Positions 59,355 through 64,000 of a stretch of DNA of 64,000 bases are shown piece after piece. The DNA is from Dehalococcoidales bacterium. Its GTDB lineage: Bacteria > Chloroflexota > Dehalococcoidia > Dehalococcoidales > JAUWZL01. The notes beneath the pieces were generated by a model. The model had not been told where the DNA came from and ran no database searches. It was given only the letters and a program-made list of their open reading frames with translations. The stretch is taken from assembly GCA_034413595.1 (NCBI GenBank), contig DAOUMC010000025.1, positions 999 to 64,998 on the forward strand, in the 5' to 3' direction. The translations under genes and the position numbers were made by a program. Each line of letters begins with the position of its first letter. Position 1 is the first letter of the stretch.

Positions 59355-59889
59355 GGTAATCAACCGTCAACAATTTTCGCAGGGCCACGATAGCGCTGTG
59401 CTGCAGGGCTTTTACCGCCGTCTCGCTCTTACCCATGATTTTGGCTACCTGAGCAATGGGTAGTTCACTGGCAAAGCGGAGGGAGATAACCTCCTGCTGA
59501 GCTGGCGTTAGCTGCCTGGTAGCCAGCATCAGTTGTTCCACGTCCAGTTTATGCTCGGCTATCTTCTCAGGGTTACTATCGGAAACAGTTATTCGCTCGT
59601 CCAGAGGCATAGAAGGCTGCCTCGTCTTTCTCCTCAGGTAATCGACCACCTGGTTGTGGGCGATGCGATACAGCCAGGCAGAAAAGGGAATGTCCCTCCA
59701 CTGGTAGGAGGAAATGGACCGGAGTGCCTTGAGAAAGACCTGCTGGGTTACGTCCTCAGCCTCCATCTGATTCCCTATCCTGAGGGCAACATAGCGATAG
59801 ATCCTGTCGAAGTGCCTATCATATAGCTGGGCAAAAGCCTCTTGGTCAAACTGACGGGCTCGCTGGATAAGGCCCTGCTCGTCTTGCAC
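59338..59889 (-). CDS. ECF-type sigma-70 factor
   Basis: AFAQLYDRH..IYRY, AEDVTQQVFLKA, FSAWLYRIAHN, LTPAQQEVI.LRF, K..TAVKALQH. Confidence 0.93.
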   Translation of the reverse strand: MQDEQGLIQRARQFDQEAFAQLYDRHFDRIYRYVALRIGNQMEAEDVTQQVFLKALRSISSYQWRDIPFSAWLYRIAHNQVVDYLRRKTRQPSMPLDERITVSDSNPEKIAEHKLDVEQLMLATRQLTPAQQEVISLRFASELPIAQVAKIMGKSETAVKALQHSAIVALRKLLTVDYHEKDR

Positions 59890-60152
59890 CTGTTAACCCC
59901 CTGCCAGGCCTAACACTTCCGACATTCCGGATACAGCTGGCAATACGGTGTTACCACGTGCATAAATTATAACGAAGAAAGGCTGAAAAAGATAGCGAGC
60001 CGATGACACACAGGGCACATAGGACTAATTACCTATGACTATTTACCCTTCAAAATAGCCTGTTTGGGGGATTTTGTGGTCTTGGCTGGGAAGCTAAAAT
60101 CAGGTATAGTATTAAACTGTAAGTTTTAGGTAGTTTTAGAGAGGAAGAGAAT

Positions 60153-60371
60153 ATGGTACATTATAAGAATAATATTGACCCTATGCTGACCACCAGTGAG
60201 GTGGCCCGTATTCTCAGTATCCACATCAACACGGTTAGAAGGTGGAGTAATCAGGGAATACTGAAGGCGTACCGTATTGGCTCTAGAGGAGACCGCAGAT
60301 TCAGGCGGGAAGACATCACCCACTTTGTCTCCCGTGATGGTAAAAACCGGGCGAAGAATGTCTCGGTATAA
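60153..60371 (+). CDS. Excisionase-like HTH (HTH_17) DNA-binding protein
   Basis: MLTTSEVARILSIHINTVRRWSNQG.LKAYRIG.RGDRRF. Confidence 0.88.
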   Translation: MVHYKNNIDPMLTTSEVARILSIHINTVRRWSNQGILKAYRIGSRGDRRFRREDITHFVSRDGKNRAKNVSV

Positions 60372-60406
60372 AACCCGGGGTAAAAAATATCAGGGGGAGG
60401 ATTTAG

Positions 60407-61090
60407 GTGGCTAAGACTAAAGTAATGATAATTGATGAACAGTCGTTTTTTCGGGCTGGTGTGCGACAGGCGCTATCACAACACAGTGACTTTGAAATAA
60501 TGGAGTGTGACCCCAATCACGACCCTATGCGTGCCATTGAGGCGGCTCTGCCCGATGTCGTCCTGCTGGGTTCCGACTTGGCATCGCACAGCGGGCTTGA
60601 GTTGGGCAGCAAAATCGCCAGAAACTTTCCCAACACCCGGGTGATAATGTTGAGCCCCGAGCCCAGTGATGAGGAGCTTTTTGACGTTATCAGAAGCGCT
60701 GCCGTTGCTTGTCTTAGGAAGAATAGCTCGGCTCAGGAGCTGGCTGACACTATAAGACGGGCTTCGCATGGCGAATACCCGATAAACGAGAGTGTTATGA
60801 CCCGGCCTTCGGTGGCCCGGAACGTATTGAGGCAGTTCCAGAACATGGCATCGCTGGGTGAAAACATAGAGACAATAGTGGTTCCCCTGACCTACAGGGA
60901 GAGGCAGATACTCACCTATATTGCCGATGGTAACACCAATAAGCAGATTGCCCATGTTCTTAACATCAGTGAGCAGACAATCAAGAATCATGTCAGTGCT
61001 ATACTGCGCAAGTTAAACGCTAATGATAGAGCCCATGCCGTGGTTCTGGCGATAAGAAGCGGCTGGATTTCAGTTAGCGAGATGAAATAG
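60407..61090 (+). CDS. NarL/LuxR-family response regulator (atypical receiver)
   Basis: REC-like N-terminus (IIDEQ, PDVVLLG with G where the phospho-acceptor D usually lies); LTYRERQIL..IADG.TNKQIA..L.ISEQTIKNHVSAI..KL. Confidence 0.88.
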   Translation: MAKTKVMIIDEQSFFRAGVRQALSQHSDFEIMECDPNHDPMRAIEAALPDVVLLGSDLASHSGLELGSKIARNFPNTRVIMLSPEPSDEELFDVIRSAAVACLRKNSSAQELADTIRRASHGEYPINESVMTRPSVARNVLRQFQNMASLGENIETIVVPLTYRERQILTYIADGNTNKQIAHVLNISEQTIKNHVSAILRKLNANDRAHAVVLAIRSGWISVSEMK

Positions 61091-61130
61091 AAGAGGTGGT
61101 CATTTGCCAGCAGGTAGAGGATAGGGTAAA

Positions 61131-63479
61131 ATGCCACAAAGCCAGGTAAATCAATCGGGGTCTCGCCAGGAAGCAGAAAGCAGAGTTGTAGAATACCTGG
61201 AGAGCCAGGGCTTTCAGACCACTGTTGGTGCTCAACTGCAGGGTAAGTCAGGTATTGAGCACACCTTTGATGTGATTGCCCGGATGGATGACGGAATAAC
61301 AGCACAGGTTATTGCCATCTGTATTATTACGGAGAGTGATAAAGCCTCGGTCACCAATGCCGTCTTCGGCTTTGCCAATAAATCCTATGATGTTGGTATT
61401 AAGGACAGGGTGCTGATAAGTATCCCAAAACTGGACCCTGAGACCAGGCAAATCGCCGAAAAACAGCGCATAAAGGTCATTGATGAAGAAAAGATCGAGT
61501 CTTTACTGGCCCAGGAGCCGGAGCCGAAGGCCAGGCCGGCTAAGCCCTTCGCTTTTAAGACCAGGTCTCAGCTGATAGAATCCCTGTCTGATCTGGGTTA
61601 CAAGGTTGAGGAGAGAGGCAAAGTGCAGGGCAGGTCTGGTGTGGAATACACCTTTGACATACTGGCTGTCGGCGATGGCAGCCGGATTAGCCATAGTCTG
61701 GGTATAGATATCATGAGCGGAGGAAAGGAGATAGGTCTGGAAGACGTGTCTCTATTTGATACCAAGGCCTATGACGCCGCTCTTGATGATAGGATTATCG
61801 CCCTGGGACAAGCCAGTCTCAGCCCTGAAGCCAAGCAGTTTGTTCAACACCAGGGGATAAAGGTGCTGCAATTAACCGAAGAGCCGGCCCTAGATATACA
61901 AGAGATTCAGGTGGTTGAAGGGCCCGGCGAACCACGGAAGCCGGCTAAGCCAGAAAAGGCGGAGACTCCAGCCGTCAAGCACAAGATGCCATTGAGGCAG
62001 GCACCCCAGCCCGAGGTGATTCAGCTGATTCCTGAGGTGCTGGCCAGAAGATACAATGCCATACCATTGTCCAAATCGGGCAACACCCTGGAAGTGGCAA
62101 TGGCTGACCCGACCGATATCCTTGCCCTGGAGGCTTTCTCGGTCCAGAGCCGGATGAGGATTAAGCCGGTAGCCGCCGAGGCCAGGGAAATAAGGGAAGC
62201 CATTGACTTCAACTATAAAGGCTACGGCGAAATTGAAAGGCAGGTCTCCAGCATCTCGGTTTCCGGTGGATTAAGAGAGGCTCGACCGGCTTTTGATGTC
62301 GCTGTCGACGCCCCGCTGGCTCAGGCCCTCCAGCTGATAGTTGATGAAGCAGTCAAAGCTCGTGCCTCGGATATTCACATTGAACCTCAGGAAGCCAGAC
62401 TCAGGGTGCGCTATCGCATCGATGGTACCCTCCAAGATATGATGTCACTACCCCTGGATATACATTCGGCTATCATTTCTCGGGTCAAGATTCTGGCCAA
62501 CCTTAATATCGCCGACCATCATCGTGCCCAGGACGGCCAGTTTTCTACCGAGGCCAAAGGGCGGGAGATAGATGTCAGGGTGGCCACCGCTCCCTCGGTA
62601 CACGGGGAGATGGCCGTTTTGCGCCTTCTGGATAAGTCAACAGCCACTCTGGAATTGTCCGAGCTGGGGCTGCTGCCAAATAGCTGGGAGAAGCTGGAAA
62701 GGATGTTAAAGGTTCCCTACGGCATGATTCTGGTAAGCGGTCCTACCGGAGCTGGCAAGACGACCACGCTGTATGCTGCCGTAAATAACCTTGATACTAT
62801 GGGTAGAAATATTATTACCATTGAGGACCCGGCCGAGTATAGGTTTGAGGATATCAATCAGATTCAGGTTAATCCCCAGGCCGGTATCACCTTTGCCAGC
62901 GGACTCAGGTCTATACTCCGCCTTGACCCAGATGTTATACTAGTGGGCGAGATACGTGATGCTGAAACAGCCAATATAGCTGTTCAGGCGGCCTTAACTG
63001 GACACCTGATGCTGTCTTCCATCCATGCCAATGATACCATAGGTGTTCTCTACCGGCTCATTGACCTGGGGGTGGAGCCGTACCTCATATCCTCGGCGGT
63101 CATCGGCGTTGTTGCCCAGCGAATGGTGCGCCGCATTTGCCCAGATTGCACCCAGCTTATTGAGGCGCCTCTGGTGGAACAGCTGGCTTATGAGAGGGAG
63201 ATGGGAGAGAAGCGAACACAATTTTTATATGCCGCTGGTTGCAAGGCATGTGCTTATACCGGCTATCGGGGGCGGACGGGCATCTTTGAGCTCCTGGTTA
63301 TGAGCGATACCCTGAGGAGGATGCTTATCAATGGCGTCAGCTCAGGTGATATTCGCACCCAGGCGTTCAAGGAGGGTATGGTATCTATGATGAATGACGG
63401 TATGAACAAGGTAGGAGCCGGTATCACTACTCCATCTGAAGTTCTACGCAGTGCTTATTCGGCGGAACAACAGTTTTAA
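61131..63479 (+). CDS. pilB: GspE/PilB-type pilus assembly ATPase with two N-terminal restriction-endonuclease-fold domains
   Basis: N1E-like IP..LARRY.AIP...LEVAM.DP; ASDIHIEP; GPTGAGKTTT; ITIEDP; DPDVILVGEIRD; CxxC...CxxC; N-terminal GxSGxx(H/Y)TFD repeats. Confidence 0.92.
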   Translation: MPQSQVNQSGSRQEAESRVVEYLESQGFQTTVGAQLQGKSGIEHTFDVIARMDDGITAQVIAICIITESDKASVTNAVFGFANKSYDVGIKDRVLISIPKLDPETRQIAEKQRIKVIDEEKIESLLAQEPEPKARPAKPFAFKTRSQLIESLSDLGYKVEERGKVQGRSGVEYTFDILAVGDGSRISHSLGIDIMSGGKEIGLEDVSLFDTKAYDAALDDRIIALGQASLSPEAKQFVQHQGIKVLQLTEEPALDIQEIQVVEGPGEPRKPAKPEKAETPAVKHKMPLRQAPQPEVIQLIPEVLARRYNAIPLSKSGNTLEVAMADPTDILALEAFSVQSRMRIKPVAAEAREIREAIDFNYKGYGEIERQVSSISVSGGLREARPAFDVAVDAPLAQALQLIVDEAVKARASDIHIEPQEARLRVRYRIDGTLQDMMSLPLDIHSAIISRVKILANLNIADHHRAQDGQFSTEAKGREIDVRVATAPSVHGEMAVLRLLDKSTATLELSELGLLPNSWEKLERMLKVPYGMILVSGPTGAGKTTTLYAAVNNLDTMGRNIITIEDPAEYRFEDINQIQVNPQAGITFASGLRSILRLDPDVILVGEIRDAETANIAVQAALTGHLMLSSIHANDTIGVLYRLIDLGVEPYLISSAVIGVVAQRMVRRICPDCTQLIEAPLVEQLAYEREMGEKRTQFLYAAGCKACAYTGYRGRTGIFELLVMSDTLRRMLINGVSSGDIRTQAFKEGMVSMMNDGMNKVGAGITTPSEVLRSAYSAEQQF

Positions 63480-63491
63480 GGTGGGTGAAAA

Positions 63492-64000
63492 ATGGAATTT
63501 GCTTATGTAGCCTATACCAAGGACAAGAAACTGGTCAAGGGCAAGCTTTCGGCTCCCAGCAGTGCCGCCGCGACTAAGGTGCTGAATTATGGCGACTATC
63601 AGGTGCTCAGCCTTAAGCCGCGAATTTCGTTTTTCAACCTGGGAAGACTATCGACCCTTTTTGCCCGGGTAAACCCCAAGGAAATTATCATGTTCTCGCG
63701 TCAGCTGGCCTTGCTTCTAGAGTCGGGCACTGATATCGTCGCCTCTCTGGAGTTGATTCAGAAGCAGGTAACAAATCGCACCCTGCAACAGGCTATTGCC
63801 GATATTGTTTCTGAAATACGTGGCGGCAGTTCACTTTCAGCGGCGATGAGCAGGTACCCCAGGGTATTCTCCCAGATATACTCACGGGCTATAGCCGCCG
63901 GTGAGCGGAGCGGTAATCTGGAAACCGTGCTCAGGCAGATGGCTGACTTTATCGAGCGCCGGGTTGCTACCGAAAAGAAGGTTAAGGGTGCTCTAACCTA
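63492..64000 (+). CDS. pilC: GspF/PilC inner-membrane platform protein (3'-truncated by window edge)
   Basis: MEFAYVAY...G, FSRQLALLLESG, GGSSLS.AM..YP.VF, AGERSGNL..VL.QMA. Confidence 0.92.
   Translation, partial: MEFAYVAYTKDKKLVKGKLSAPSSAAATKVLNYGDYQVLSLKPRISFFNLGRLSTLFARVNPKEIIMFSRQLALLLESGTDIVASLELIQKQVTNRTLQQAIADIVSEIRGGSSLSAAMSRYPRVFSQIYSRAIAAGERSGNLETVLRQMADFIERRVATEKKVKGALT

Noticed and set aside
60153-60371. Excisionase-like HTH as evidence of a prophage or ICE
   Set aside because: There is no integrase, att site or phage gene nearby, and it reads as the first gene of the pilus operon.

Overview
Core-chromosome segment of a bacterium, most likely Chloroflexota class Dehalococcoidia (inferred from gene content and protein style, not from a search). 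1-43.8 kb is mostly housekeeping: DUF763, dnaE, radC, ogt, hpf, comF, thpR, rplY, plsY, five tRNAs, groES/groL with a CIRCE operator, tsaD, tilS, pncA/pncB, purH/purM/purF, dnaJ-hspR-clpC, pyrG, fsa and rho. Accessory inserts sit among these: an AT-rich HinP1I-family restriction endonuclease paired with an N4-cytosine-type methyltransferase and bounded by an 8-bp direct repeat, an HgcC-like regulator with arsM, an orphan Rossmann/CARF-like gene plus an HTH gene, and an orphan gene inside the pur cluster. 43.8-64 kb is a cell-surface and pilus region. It holds a GIY-YIG nuclease bracketed by inverted REP-like palindromes, a 1004-aa S-layer-like protein, LemA/HtpX, three large surface proteins, an ECF sigma/DUF5667 pair, and an HTH-response regulator-pilB-pilC operon cut by the window end. 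Best leads: (1) a PilB/GspE ATPase whose N-terminus is two tandem, apparently inactive restriction-endonuclease-fold domains; (2) a GIY-YIG/REP unit with dispersed REP copies; (3) a purine-rich palindrome translated in frame inside tilS; (4) an adhesin-like membrane protein fused to a cytoplasmic Cys-less HesB/IscA-like domain; (5) a five-bladed propeller with a helical insert in every blade. Two neighbouring single-base deletions (ogt, hpf) may be assembly errors. All family assignments come from motif recognition by eye; no database searches were run.
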